Below, one piece after another: positions 35,566 to 48,454 of a stretch of 49,127 nucleotides of DNA. Below the pieces are notes generated by a model. The model searched no databases. It had not been told where the DNA came from and was given only the letters and a program-made list of their open reading frames with translations. Source of the DNA: Chiloscyllium plagiosum (Eukaryota). The position numbers and the translations under genes were made by a program. Every line of letters starts with the position of its first letter. Position 1 is the first letter of the stretch. The stretch is from contig NC_057752.1 in NCBI RefSeq assembly GCF_004010195.1, positions 5,022,879 through 5,072,005 on the forward strand, in the 5' to 3' direction.

Positions 35566-37021
35566 CTGATCTGGAGGACTGTGTGTAGGCTGTAAAATTT
35601 TATTTGTGGGTACAATGGACATTGCAGATTCTTGGATGGAGTAGTGGAGGTGGAAGACTTGGGATTCATTGAAGAACCACTTGGAATGGTCATCTATAAT
35701 TACCTGAACAGTTTGATTCACATACTTTTCACCGCTATTAGGGAAACACATTGGGTTGAAGGACTTCCCAAAAAAGAGGGGGAAAACCCCAGGATAAGCC
35801 TTCCTGTGCACTGCTAGAAACAGCATTGTCAGAGATCAGGGAACAAGTCAGCTTCCAGCCCCTTCACTCAGGTGACTGGAGCCATTAAAAATTATTAATT
35901 TTTTTCCCAGTTATTGATGAATATAAAATTCAAACCACATGGCAAATCTTCAGTGACCAATGACCTTTCATGATGTTTTCTTGATGGAGATGTGAAGGAG
36001 CAGCTACAATTGACTTTAGTACTCCTGAACTAAGGTAGTCAACTAGAAACCACATGTTTGATTACTTCCCAGTGCCTTGTCAGAAAGTTGCACGTGTGTG
36101 TGAAAATTCAATGAGGAGATGACATGGCTTAGCTGTGATGCCTTGTAAAATAGTTTGTGGACACCCTGCCAAGTTGATACAAGAAGGTCACTTGAGCAAG
36201 ATACCAGAGGGGGCCACCCTGTGGATCAGTAGTTCCAAAGTCAGCATTTTCAGGAGAGAAGGAGCAGGCGGAGAAAGAAAATGGCTGCAAAATCAAATCC
36301 TAAGCAAGCACCATTGACACTCAATGTGCTGTGAGTGGAATTTAAGCAGTCTGTGAACTCAGACAGAGCATGTACAATCTGCTCAGACTCTGCCCACGCT
36401 ACACCAACTGGGCTCACAGTGATAGCCTCGACTTGCAATCTGCCCACAATGCACTGACTGAGGCTACAATCAGGTCATACTTTATACTGACCCATTCGAG
36501 AGAAGGGCCCCCTTTGGTTCATCGTGGAGGAGTGTGCACTGTTAACTCTTTCACATTGCAAAGTAGATGAGTTCAAGTGATTTCACATCTTAAAGGGACA
36601 TTTCAGTAATGTTATCAGCCCATCTTATCTGAAATGATAGGGTTGTACCTTTTACACAGGTTGTACAGAGCCCCTGAGAGACACCCTGTGAAATTCATCA
36701 GTGAAATTGGTAAGGCAAGAAACTACTGTTGGCACTATTGGCATATGGATCTTAGTGTATTTTAATGAACACCTATGTTAAATAGGTGACCAAAGAATTT
36801 TGTACAAACTTGATGAGTGCTCATTGTTTTGAGAATAATACCCTTTGTGGGCTGTTGTAGTGTTGTATTACTGTTGGGGGATGTTGGGGATTTGTTATAG
36901 ATCCCACCAACTTTATGAAACTTCATAGACTGCAGACACCCTCCATAGCTGACTGAAACCTGTTTGCCATTCAGAGGAAATAGTCCAAGTAACTCTCATC
37001 TTCATCATCATCAGCTTGGGA

Positions 37022-37243
37022 AAACTGTCTGTGTGGAGTTTGCACATTCTCCCCGTGTCTGCGTGGGTTTCCTCCCACAGTCCAAAGATGTGCAGGTCAG
37101 GTGAATTGGCCGTGCTAAATTGCCCATAGTGTTAGGTGCAATAGTCAGAGGGAAATGGGTCTGGGTGGGTTACTCTTCGGAGGGTCAGTGTGGACTTGTT
37201 GGGCCGAAGGGCCTGTTTCCACACTGTAGGGAATCTAATCTAA
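37022..37243 (+). mobile_element. HE1-like V-SINE, 5'-truncated
   Basis: V domain plus CR1-type tail gggccgaagggcctgtttccacactgta and (tctaa) repeats. Confidence 0.92.
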
Positions 37244-37429
37244 TCATCATTATCCTGAACAGAGAAGTGGGTAGTGGGAACAGAAAAATACTCAGGGGAG
37301 CAGGAAACATTTGCTTTGGTTGTGAATGGCCTGCTATGTACAGTGTATATTTGGGAAAGAAAGGGACAGGGACAAATGGCTAATTTTGTGAAAAATAACA
37401 GAAGGGAGAGGCCCATGCTAGCATGCAAA

Positions 37430-38095
37430 TTAGCAGCAGAAGTAGACCATTCAGTCCCGAAAGCCTGTTCTGCCATTCAATTAGATGATAGGTGATTTGC
37501 TTGCATTTCGAATCCCACTTTCCCATCCATCTCCAATAACCTTTGAATTCCCTGCCTAACAAGAATCTGTCTACCTCCACCTTAAAAATGTTCAATGATC
37601 CCACCTCCACTGCATTCTGAGGCAAAGAGTTCCAAAGTTGCACAACCTTCTGAGAAAGGAAAAAAATCCCCACATCTCTGGAAGAAAAGGGCAACACTTA
37701 TTTTTTTTTTAAAGAGTGGCTCCTAGTTCTGGACTGTCCCAACTGAGGAAATATTCTTTCTCCATTCAGCTTGTCAAGACCATTTGAGATCTTGTATATT
37801 TCAGTCATCACTCCTTACCCTTCTAAACTCCAGTGGAAATAAGCCCAGCCTGTCCAATACTTCCTTATAAGACACTGCAGGTATTAATCGAGTAAACTTC
37901 CTCTGAACTGCCTCCAACACATGAACATCCTTCCTTGAATAAGGAGACCAAAATTGCTCACAATATTGGAGATATGGTCTTGTCAATGCCCTTATATAAC
38001 TGAAGCGTAATGTCCTTACTTTTATGTTCGATTCTTGCAATAAAGGATAACATCCCCTTAGCCCTGATCACATGCTGTACCTGTATACTAACCTT
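37430..38095 (-). mobile_element. CR1 3' part
   Basis: LTRPYLQYCEQFWSPY..VQRKFTRLIP and SQKVVQLWNSLPQNAVE. Confidence 0.9.
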
Positions 38096-38246
38096 TTATC
38101 TTCAGGAGAAACAGCACGGTGCCTAAAGCTTAATGCTATTTATCATGTTAATTAAGTCACCAAATACTTTTTCAAAATCATGAAATTACAGGTTGAAGCA
38201 TCTTTATTTAAAACATAGTATTTGTGAAAGTAAAAATCATGTCATT

Positions 38247-38488
38247 TAGAGTCATAGAGATGTACTGCATGGAAACAGACCCTTCTGTCCAACCCGTCCA
38301 TGCCGACCAGATATCCCAACCCAATCTAGTAAGTCCCCGACCCCAGGGAAAAGACCTTGCCTATTTACCCTATCCATGCCCCTCATAATTTTGTAAACCT
38401 CTATAAGGTCACCCCTCAACCTCTGCGCTCCAGGGAAAACAGCCCCAGCCTGTTCAGTCTCTCCCCATAGCTCAAATCCTCCAACCCT
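38247..38488 (-). mobile_element. Young CR1 3' end with an internal deletion near 38330
   Basis: Tail tagagtcatagagatgtac..acagaccctt joined directly to the LNRLGLFSL..GDLIEVYKIMRG region. Confidence 0.9.
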
Positions 38489-38784
38489 ATATATTTTGTT
38501 TTCTGTTGAAGTTAATGGTGGATCTGTTTCTGGACTAAATACAAAACAATGGAATTTACCTTCTCAATGGCCTTACATCCTGCCTAAATAGGACCAAAAA
38601 TACAAATTGGACAGATAGTAAAAATTGTCTCTTTGCTCCATTTCGGTTGTTTAATGTTTATTACACATAACATGTGCATGAGGGTAATTTCGTTGTCAAT
38701 TGAAGAAAGATTTGCTTTTACATGTGGCTCATTTCTAAGTGTTTCTATATCTTTGACTTGCCTTTTTTCCCCCAATTCTTGGGA

Positions 38785-38995
38785 GATAGGGGTTTTGCAG
38801 TTGCCCGTCGCTAATTACCCACGAGAAGGTGGTGATGAGTTGCTTTCTTGAACCATTAACAGTCCATATGGTGAAAGCACACCCAGAGTGCTATTTGATA
38901 TAGAGTGCCAGGATTTTGACCCGATGATGATGAAAGAATAGCGATACATGTACAAGTCAGGAAGGTGTGACTTCCCATTGCAACTGCTGCCTTTG
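38785..38995 (-). mobile_element. Decayed 3' fragment of the L2/CR1-group LINE family of 42575-43190
   Basis: gagaaggtggtgatgagttgctttcttgaacc..gccaggattttgaccc..caagtcagga aligns with 42640-42780. Confidence 0.65.
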
Positions 38996-39059
38996 TGAAG
39001 TACAGTGACTGTTGTTTTGAAGGCGAATGCAACAAGCATCACCCAGAGCAGGATTCTGC

Positions 39060-39315
39060 TAAGAAGTCGCCAACAGCAATGAACTCAATGAACAGGTTAG
39101 GATATTGAGTTGGTGGAGGAAGATTAACCTGGTTAACACTGGGAGAGCTCATTGGCTCTTCTTCAGAAAAACGATCGGACAGGACTTTGTTTTAACATTT
39201 AATTTAAGGATAGCAACAGTATAGATGCCCTCAATGCTGCACTGGAACATCAACTGTAATGATGTGCTGGAGTGGAACTTGAATCCTCAGTCTTCTGTTT
39301 AAGCATGTCAGAGTC
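39060..39315 (-). mobile_element. Deu-domain SINE remnant
   Basis: Collinear with 24030-24340 (cctcaatgctgcactgg..gtgctggagtggaacttgaatcc). Confidence 0.55.
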
Positions 39316-39488
39316 CGATCAGCTTTGAAGACTATATTTGCTGAGTCAGGTTCTGGTTCAGTGCTGAGGCATCAATTTTTTTTCATCTACAAGTGCTAAT
39401 TCTTCATGTGTGAAGTTATTGAACGTTGGGGGGAAAGAAACCTGATCATGCCCTCAACTGACACTCAAACATTCATTTTCCAAAATAG

Positions 39489-39610
39489 TTCTGTGAAGAA
39501 GGGTCAGTGGACCTGAAATGTTAACTCTGCTTTCTCTCCACAGATGCTGCCAGACCTGCTGCGTTTCTCCGGCAATTTCTGATTTCCAACATCCATAATT
39601 CTTTTTTATT
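39489..39610 (+). mobile_element. Short PLE-derived element with a decayed hammerhead core
   Basis: ctg(t)gaaga-a-gggtc-agtg-gacct-gaaa-tgttaac followed by ccacagatgctgccagacctgctg. Confidence 0.7.
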
Positions 39611-40189
39611 GTTTACAGTAGAGGAATTCAGGTTCACTCTCTCTCTCCACCCACATTTGATGATGTCGCCATACCATTTGAGAAAATGACCTGGATCAAA
39701 GTTCAGTAATTCCAATTAAAAATAATCCCCACATTCTGCAGAATGACAGCTTGAAAAAAAAGCTAGTACAATTCTCTCCTCGTTTTCTATGTTCGATTGT
39801 AGATTCTTGTTCTCTCCTATTTTATTAACCTCTTCTTCAGACAGTATTTCATCCTTCTTGTAGCTGCTTACTATAGGGGTTCCCTTGTCGAAGTAGTCAT
39901 TACTTATGTATGAGGCCTGACAGTAAGTTGGAAAGCTGTCTCACTCTGCAGCATGTCACAATTGCACCCAATCCTGTGTTTACACATGTTCATGTACACA
40001 AGGGTCAGACAGGAACATCCTAACTGGATTCCCCCTCTCCCAAAATGAGGGATGCTGAGGCCAATTCTCATGGTTATTCTGTTGCAAACAATTAATCCTT
40101 GAGTCTGACCCATTCCTGATTTGGATGCCTCAGATGCTCACTAAATGAAATCCTTGATCTTTACGTAGAATAATTATGGGATTATATTC

Positions 40190-40490
40190 CGTACAGTACG
40201 GAAGCAGGCCATTTGGCCCATCAAGTCCACACCAACCCTCCAAAGAGCAGCCCACTCCCCCCCCCCCTACATTTATCCTGACTAATGCATCTAACACTAT
40301 GGGCAATTTAGCATGACTAATTCACCTGACCTACACATCTTTGGACTGTGGGAGGAAACCAGAGCAAACCCACGCAGACACTGGGGGAAATGTGCAAACT
40401 CTACACAGACAGTTAGAGTTGCCCAAAGCAGGAATTGAACCCAGGTCCCTGGCACTGTGAGGCAGATGTGCTAACCACTGAGCCACTGTC
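40190..40490 (-). mobile_element. Full-length HE1-like V-SINE
   Basis: Minus strand: gtggctcagtggttagc (A box), gggttcaattcc (B box), V domain and CR1-type tail. Confidence 0.93.
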
Positions 40491-41379
40491 GATGTCTCAG
40501 CTAATATTGTCTATCTGAGTCAATTCATCCATAGCAGTTAATACTCAGAGTGTTTGTGAGTGCTCAGCTGTGAAAGGAAGCATCAATAATATTGTAACTG
40601 TTTCAGGATGCATAGAGTTAAATATTTCAGACTTATTGATTTTTTAAAAATCATCATGAAAATTGACAGTACTGTAGGAAGAAATTGGGTAGAAATATGT
40701 AGAAGGAACACGTTACTTGGAAGGTGAGTAACCTTGGCACTTTACCCTTAAGGATCAGTTCTAGTTTTGCAAAACAATGGCACAGATTGTACTAAAACTT
40801 CGCTTCTCATTCCAGAAGAATGACATAATGGCTTTGCAATTTGAATTTTATATTACCATAGTGCTGTCACACAGTCACTTGTGTCCCACTACTGCTACTG
40901 ACACTGGGGGGGTGAGTGAGCGAATGGTAACAGTGCAGTGAGACAGCCAATTGCAATGGTGTGACAATGCGGAGTCAGTAACACAACGGAATTGTATAAC
41001 TGAGAGAATTCGATGGCATTTTGTTCAGCCTTGTGAACTACAACACAATGCATAAAATTAATTCTGAGTGTATTCTGTTTCAATTAAAACCAAACTATTT
41101 CAACAACAATCCTTCAAAAAGCCAGAATTGAATGCTGCATAAACCTATAAATGCTCCAAACTTCTGCGTATGAAGTAAGACTGAGTGACACCCTTTGAAT
41201 CAGTTTTCATCCCTTTGGCCCTACTCAATGCATTAGCTTCTATTTGGATACAGTTCCATAGGTGCATATAACCCTCCAGTATCTTACCTATCTCCTGTTC
41301 TTCATTTGTGAGGCAAGGTGGTGAGTGTCGAATATTCACTCTGTGAGACCCAAGTCTAATCATGTCTTCATTAACAAAT

Positions 41380-41590
41380 TGCCTTTATATGGCACTTCTT
41401 AATAAAGTAAGACACTCCAAGGTGCTTTGCAAGAACATAATTGGACAGAAATAGAACTTGATCCAAAAATGATGTGGACACGTGACCGGACACTTCGCCA
41501 TAGAGGCACATTTTACAGACTGTCTTCCAGGAGGAAAGAGAGGTTTCAGCAAAGAAATCCCAGAGCTTGGCACAATTGCCAATGGTGAGG
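41380..41590 (-). mobile_element. L2-type LINE 3' end remnant
   Basis: Reverse complement resembles 35380-35560 (ctctgggatttc..aaacctctc..tgtaaaatg..gcaccttggagtgtcttac). Confidence 0.55.
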
Positions 41591-42203
41591 CTGAAGAGGT
41601 GGAGAATGCTACTTGTCCAACATTCTCATAAAGTGCACCTTCCACGAAGGTGTTTTTAATCCCCCTACTAAGCTCAGGGGAGAGAAGTTATGTTGGTTCC
41701 CTGGCTGAAATTAACAACTCAGCATAGCAGAAGGAGTGAACCTCAATTATCTGTGCTATCTGGTTCATTACCACACCAAGTCATTATGGATAAATTCTCA
41801 GAGGCGTGAGGAAAAATGGCTTTCGCCAGACACAAAGTAAAATTAGCCCAATGGATATGAAGCGACTTTTTTTTGATCCAGAATTATTTTTCTAAAGGGA
41901 TCAGGATTATAGGATTGGGCACATCTGGTGCTGAATCATGGATAACTGTGCCTTCCTTGGGTTTGCTCGATTACCTTAGGAAATTAGGGAAAAACTTTTT
42001 ACATTCTCTTCAAATTTGACGCAAGCTCTTTTTTTATTTCCCCAGGAGCTGACCTAGTAGCTGATGAATAGAGCATGACTGGCACTTTTAAATGGATAGG
42101 AAGGGCACTACCGCTACATTCTTCTTATTGTAAACAAGATGACTTTAAATGTGCTGAAATTATTAGTGTATCGACCATCATCATTAACATGGTTATAGAA
42201 CAG

Positions 42204-42326
42204 AGAGAAAGTGAGGACCGCAGATTCTGGACATCAGAGTCAAGAGTGTGGTGCTGGAAAGCACAGCAGGTCAGGCAGCATCCGAGGAGCAGGAGAATCA
42301 ACATTTTGGGCATAAGCCCTTCATCA
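42204..42326 (-). mobile_element. Short PLE-derived element with a hammerhead remnant and a 13-bp TSD
   Basis: GGTTATAGAACAG at 42191-42203 and 42327-42339. Minus strand reads CTGATGA-A-GGGC-TTAT-GCCC-AAAA-TGTTGA (GAAACGTC changed by CpG-type transitions). Confidence 0.88.
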
Positions 42327-42574
42327 GGTTATAGAACAGTTCATATCTAAACACCTATTTAGTCATGACCACTTTGACTTCAAAATAGTCACGAGAATAA
42401 ATGCATTTATATATTTTTAAAATTGTCAACAGAACTCCCAGCCCCAGTAACCTCCACCATTCTACTTTCCCATGCCTGTCCTTGGACTATTTTACACTCT
42501 CCTCTCTCTCTCCAACCTCTACTTGATGGCAATTCCTTAAAAAGAAGGAAGAAGGTCTGTGGATTTTTGTTATA

Positions 42575-43190
42575 AATTCTATTACGGGATGTGGGCATTG
42601 CTGGCTGAGTCAACATTTATTGCCCATCCTAATTGCCCTTCAGAAAATTTGTAGTGAGCTGCCTTCCTGAATCACTATAGCCCATGTGCTGTAGGTACAC
42701 TCACAATGCTGTTAGGGAGGGACTTCCAGGATTTGGACCTAGTGACAGTGAAGGAATGGCGATGTATTTCCAAGTCAGGATGGTGGGTGGCTTGGAGGGG
42801 AACTTGCGGGTGGTAGTGTTTCCATGTATCTGCTGCACTTGTTCTTTAAATGGTAGAGGTCATGGTTCGGAAGGTGTTGTCCAAGGAACTTTGATGAATT
42901 GAAGCAGTGTATCTTGTACATGGTGTCCAGTCGTACCATTGGACTTTGATGGTGGAGGAAGTGAATGTTGAAGGTGGTGGATGGGGTGTCAATTAAGTGG
43001 GCTTCCTTGGCCTGAACGGTGTTGAGATTTTTGCGTGTTGTTGGGACTGCACACATCCAGGTAATTGGGGAAGATTCCATCACATTCCTGACTTGTGCCT
43101 TGTAGATGGTGGACAGGCTTTGGGGAATTAGGAAGTGAGTATTCGCCTCAGAATTCTCAGCATCTGACCTGCTCTTGCACCCACAGTATT
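42575..43190 (-). mobile_element. L2/CR1-group LINE 3' part (partner of the 4165/10080/26760 SINEs)
   Basis: QSLSTIYKAQVRNVMESSPITWM..LNTVQAKEAHLI..FLGQHLPN; tail shared with the SINEs. Confidence 0.88.
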
Positions 43191-43337
43191 TAGAGTCATG
43201 CAGTGCCTTCGGCCCAACGTGTCCATGCCGACCAGGTTTCCTAAACTAAACTAGACCCATTTGCCTGTGTTTGGCCCATATCCCTCTAAACCTTTCTTAT
43301 CCATGTACCTGTCCAAGTGTCTTTTAATAGTGTTAAA

Positions 43338-44446
43338 GGTTGAGATGGAAAGGAATTTCTTAAGTGTGTACAAGACAATTCTCTGATTCAGTATGTGGAT
43401 GTACCTACTAGAGAAGGTGCAAAACTTGACCTACTCTTGGGAAATAAGGCTGGGCAGCTGACTGAGGTGTCAGTGGGGGAGCACTTTGGGGCCCGCAACC
43501 ATAATTCTATTTGTTTTAAAATAGTGATGGAAAAGGATAGACCAGATCTAAAAGTTGAAGTTCTAAATTGGAGAAAGGCCAATTTTGACGGTATTAGGCA
43601 AGAACTTTCGAAAGCTGATTGGAGGCAGATGTTCGCAGGTAAAGGGACGGCAGGAAAATGNNNNNNNNNNNNNNNNNNNNNNNNNNNNNNNNNNNNNNNN
43701 NNNNNNNNNNNNNNNNNNNNNNNNNNNNNNNNNNNNNNNNNNNNNNNNNNNNNNNNNNNNNNNNNNNNNNNNNNNNNNNNNNNNNNNNNNNNNNNNNNNN
43801 NNNNNNNNNNNNNNNNNNNNNNNNNNNNNNNNNNNNNNNNNNNNNNNNNNNNNNNNNNNNNNNNNNNNNNNNNNNNNNNNNNNNNNNNNNNNNNNNNNNN
43901 NNNNNNNNNNNNNNNNNNNNNNNNNNNNNNNNNNNNNNNNNNNNNNNNNNNNNNNNNNNNNNNNNNNNNNNNNNNNNNNNNNNNNNNNNNNNNNNNNNNN
44001 NNNNNNNNNNNNNNNNNNNNNNNNNNNNNNNNNNNNNNNNNNNNNNNNNNNNNNNNNNNNNNNNNNNNNNNNNNNNNNNNNNNNNNNNNNNNNNNNNNNN
44101 NNNGATAAATAGACAAAGTCTTTTCCCTGGGATCGGGGAGTCCAGAACTAGAGGGCATAAGTTTAGGGTGAGAGGGGAAAGATATAAAAGAGACCTAAGG
44201 GGCAACCTTTTCACACAGAGGGTGGTATGTGTATGGAATGAGATGCCAGAGGATGTGATGGAGGCTGGTACAATTGCAACATTTAAGAGGCATTTGGATG
44301 GGTATATGAATAGGAAGGGTTTGGAGGGATATGGGCTGGGTGCTGTCAGGTGGGACTAGATTGGGTTGGGATATCTGGTCGGCATGGACGGGTTGGACCG
44401 AAGGGTCTGTTTCCATGCTGTACGACTCTATGACTCTATGACTCTA
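43338..44446 (+). mobile_element. Long young CR1 spanning the assembly gap (endonuclease C-terminus to 3' tail)
   Basis: KEFLKCVQDNSLIQYVDVPTREGAKLDLLLGN..EHFGARNHNSI before the gap; RQSLFPGIGESRTRGH..RWD* and a (ctatgact) tail after it. Confidence 0.9.
43661..44103. other. Assembly gap, 443 N
   Basis: Read directly from the sequence. Confidence 1.
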
Positions 44447-46144
44447 AATGTTGTAATTGTACTTGCCTCTACCACTTCCTGTGGCTGCTCATTCCATGCA
44501 TGCACCACCCTCTGCATGAAAACGTTGCCTCTCAGGGCCCTTTTAAATCTTTCCCCTCTCACCTTAAACCTATACCCTCTAGTTGTGGACTCCCCTACGC
44601 TGGAGGAAAGACTTTGGCTAGTCACCTTATCTATGCCCCTCATGATTTTATAACACTTTATAATGTCACCCTCAGTGTCCAATGTTCCAGGAGAAAGAAG
44701 TCCCAGCCTGTCCAGTCTCTCCTTATAACTCAAACTCTCCGGTCTGAGTAACATCCTTGTCAATCTTTTTTGCGTCCTTTCCAGTTTAATAACACCCTTC
44801 CTATAGCAGGGTGACTAGAATTGTACACAGTACTCCAAGTGTGGCCTTGCCAATGTCTTGTACAGCCATAGCATAATGTCGCAACTCCCATACTCAATGC
44901 TCTGACCGATAAAGCAATCATGCCAAATGCCTTCTTCACCACCCTGTCTACCTGTGACGCCACTTTCAAGGAACTATGAACCTGCAACCCTAGGTCTCTC
45001 TATTTAACCACACTCCCCAGGGCCTGACCATTAATTATGTGAGTCCTGCCCTGGTTTGTCTTACCAAAATGCAACATCTCACATTTATCTAAATTAAAGT
45101 CCATCTATCATTCCTCGGCCCACTGGTAAATTTGGTGTCATCTGCAAACCTACTAACCATGCTTCTTATATTCTCATCCAAATCATTTATAAACATGAGG
45201 ATTCATATGGATAGTCCAGTTCAATGTTAACCCCCAGCAGGTTAGTATATACAATTAGGATATAAACATATTTTTATTTTAGTTGCACAGGAGTCACCTC
45301 TTCATTTTTTTTTGGTATCAGTTTGCATATAATTAGTGGTGTTGGCTACCAGCATCAGCAGGGCAGTGTGAGCTGCACAATATCAGCTACTCCTGTCCAC
45401 TGGCTTATTGCACTGGAGAGCAGCGTAGAAGTGCTATTAATGAGAACAAAATCAGACCTGAAATAAAGCATTAAAAAAAAAGAGAAACCACCTATAAACT
45501 AGTAATGGGTTTTCTTTATTATATGGATATCTGGCACTGCTTTCAGTGTAACCTGTGCACAGAGAGTTCACTCCAATTTTAGTTGACACGCTCCCAGGTG
45601 CTGATACCACATTTAAAATCGACTGCAGGTGTAAGAGGCTGATGTGAACCTCCTGGGATCAGTTGTGCTGAAGGAAAGCCAAGTACATGTGTTGGGCTGG
45701 TAATTCAATACGGCTCAATGCATAAACAGATTCGGGGCAGAGGACTGTATAAAGGATGCAACAGTACATTGAATTCAGTTCATCCTGATCGTAACTGGCT
45801 GTAATCTGATAATGTAAATAGAGCCAGAGATACTAATAGGAAAGGTTGTGGAGAGAATTGCATATTGGGAACTATGAGGGGAAAGACTGACTGAGAACAA
45901 GAGAGTGGGGGAAGATGGGGAAGAGGGAAATGGGGAGAGAGAGAAAAAAATTGAGATTAAGAAAGTCAAGATTACGGAGGAAATCAAATTTGTTGAGAAA
46001 GAGAACTTTAGCCCACAACTCTGTGGGCTAGTCCACTTCATGTTCAGCAGAAGAATTTGAGCATAATAAGAACATGACAGAGAACTTGTGTGGCCAGCTC
46101 CCACCAGCTGAATTGATCCAAAACTCCCATCCTGTTTTTGGGAG

Positions 46145-48180
46145 AACAGTACAGCACAGGAACAGGCCCTTAGGCCCACCATGTCTGCGCCAACCATGAT
46201 GCTATTCTAAACTAACCCCATCTGCCCATACATGATCTGTATCCCTATCTTCCCTGCATGTTCATGTGTCTATTTAAATGCCTTTTATCTGCTTCTATCA
46301 CCTCCCCTGGCAATGCCTTGCAGGCACCTACCACCCTCTGTGTAAAACATTTGCCTCACATATCTCCTTTAAACTTACCCCTCTCACCTTAAACCTATGC
46401 GCCCTTGTATTTTCCTGGGGAAAAGACTATCCAATTTATCTTTGCCTCTCATAATTTTATATATTTCTATCAAGTCGCCCCTTAGCTTCCAACACTCTTG
46501 CGAAAACAATCCAAGTTTGTCCAACCTCTCCTTATAGCTAATACCCTCCAATCCAGGCAACATCCCAGTAAAGTTCTTCTGCATCCTCTCCAAAGCCTCC
46601 ACATCCTTCCTGTAGTGTGGCAACCAGAACTGCACACAATACTCTAAATGTAGCCTAACTAAAGTTTCATACGGTTGCAACATGACATCACATTTTATAC
46701 TCAATGCTTTGACTCATGAAAGTATGCATGCCATTTGCCTTCTTTAATGCCTTATGCACTTGTGTTGCCACTTTCAGGGAGCTATGGACTTGCACCCCAA
46801 GATCTCTCTGTATATCAATGCTCCCAAGGGTCCAGTCGTTTACTGTATACTTTCCTGTTGCATTTGATCTCCCAAAATGCACCATACTTGTCCAGATTAC
46901 ACTCCATCTGCCATTTCTCTACCCAACTTTCCAACTGATTTATACCTGTGGTATCCTTTGACAACATTCCTCTCTATCTACAATTCCACCAATTTTTGTG
47001 TCTTTGCCAAACTTACTAATCAGATCACCTACACTTTCATCCAAATAATTTATTTATATTACAAACAATAGAGGTCCCATCACTAATCCTTGCAGAACAC
47101 CACTGATCACAGAACACCAGTTAGAAAAACACCTCTCCACAACTACTCTCTGTCTTCGACACCCAGGCTAATTTCACATCCACCTTACCAACTCACCATG
47201 AATCCCATGTAACGTAATCTTCTGGACCAGCCTACCATGAGGGAGTTTGTCACATGCTTTAGCAAAGTCTATGTCGACAACATTTACTGCCCTACCCTCA
47301 ATCAACTTCATCACATTCTCAAAACGCTCAAACAAATTTAAGACGTGACTTTCCCCATATAAAGCCATGCTGACTATCTCTCATAAGTCCATTCTTTTCC
47401 AAATGCAAGTAAATTCTGTCCTTAAGAATCTTTTTCAATAATTTCCCTACCACTGATTAAATGCTCACTGGCCTACAACTTCCTGTATTATCCCTGTTGC
47501 CTTTCTTAAATAAAGCAACAGCATTGGTTATTTGCCAGTCTTTTGGGACCTCATCTGTGGCTAAAGAAGAAACAAATATCTCTGTCAAGGTTTGAGCAAT
47601 TTCTCCCCTTGTCTACCGCAGTATCGTGGGATAGATCCCATCAGCCCCTGGAGACTTACCAACCTTAATATTTTTCAAGACAGTTAAAACCTCCTCCTCC
47701 TTAATATTGACATGCCCGAGACTATCAACATGCTTCTCCCTAATCTTACTATCATCCATGTTTTTCTCCTTGGTGGATACTGATGTGAAGTACTTATTAA
47801 GGATATCACCCACTTCTTCCTGATCCACGCATAAATTCCCTCCTTTGTCCTTGTGTGGACCTACCCTTTCCCTAGCTTCCCTCTTGCTTCTAATATATGT
47901 ATAAAATGCTTTGGGATTCTCCTTAATCCGACTTGCCAAGGACATTTCATGGCCCCTTACAGCCCTCCTCATTCCTTGCTTCAGTTCTTTCCTGCTTCTC
48001 TTCCTCAAGAGCCTTGTCTGATTTCAATTTCTGAAACTCTACAAAAGCTTCCTTTCTCTTTTTGACTAAACTTTTCAATATCTCTTGTCATCCAGGATTC
48101 CTGAATCTTGCCATCCTTACCTTTCATTCTTACAGGAACATGCTGATCCTGAACTCTGATCGACTGGCCTTTAAAAGACC
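46145..48180 (-). mobile_element. ~2-kb decayed CR1 ORF2 and tail
   Basis: RIKENPKAFYTYIRSKR..KSPGADGIYPTILR, VDIDFAKACDKLPHGRL, SKFGKDTKIGG, YETLVRLHLEYCVQFW; many stops and frameshifts. Confidence 0.93.
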
Positions 48181-48454
48181 GCAATGAACTTGTAAAAATA
48201 ATTGTAAATAATAGAATTGAAGGAGAATTAGTCTGACTGAGACATCACAAGTGGAGGCATAATGCAGGATAACTCTGATTTTTTACAACCACCTCTTCAG
48301 TAATACTGTAATTATCTATTTGAACAACATCATATCGATCAGAGCCCTTTTTACCCTCTCCACCTGAGAGAGTCTCTGTATGTTTTGGTGCATGGCTCCG
48401 CATTGCCCTCTCTCAGCTATAAAATTCACTGTCATTTCCCCACACCTTGATATC

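Larger units (their letters stand above)
43191..45195 (-). mobile_element. CR1 3' part (43191-43330 and 44446-45195) split by a plus-strand CR1
   Basis: Tail at 43191; resumes at 44446 as aatgttgtaattgtact. Motifs SRFADDTKF, LGLQVHSSLKVASQVDRVVKKAFG, YKERLDRLGL. Confidence 0.88.

Noticed and set aside
39841..39922. Strong acceptor and GTAAGT donor bounding 82 bp
   Set aside because: Stops in all three frames. It could be a non-coding exon but cannot be supported without RNA data.
40420..40490. tRNA genes
   Set aside because: A/B boxes here and at ~16330, ~27090 and ~4430 are SINE heads fused to SINE bodies; no full cloverleaf.
43388..44359. Long ORFs of 175-256 aa in the ORF track
   Set aside because: Artefacts of translating through the N gap; the real parts are CR1.
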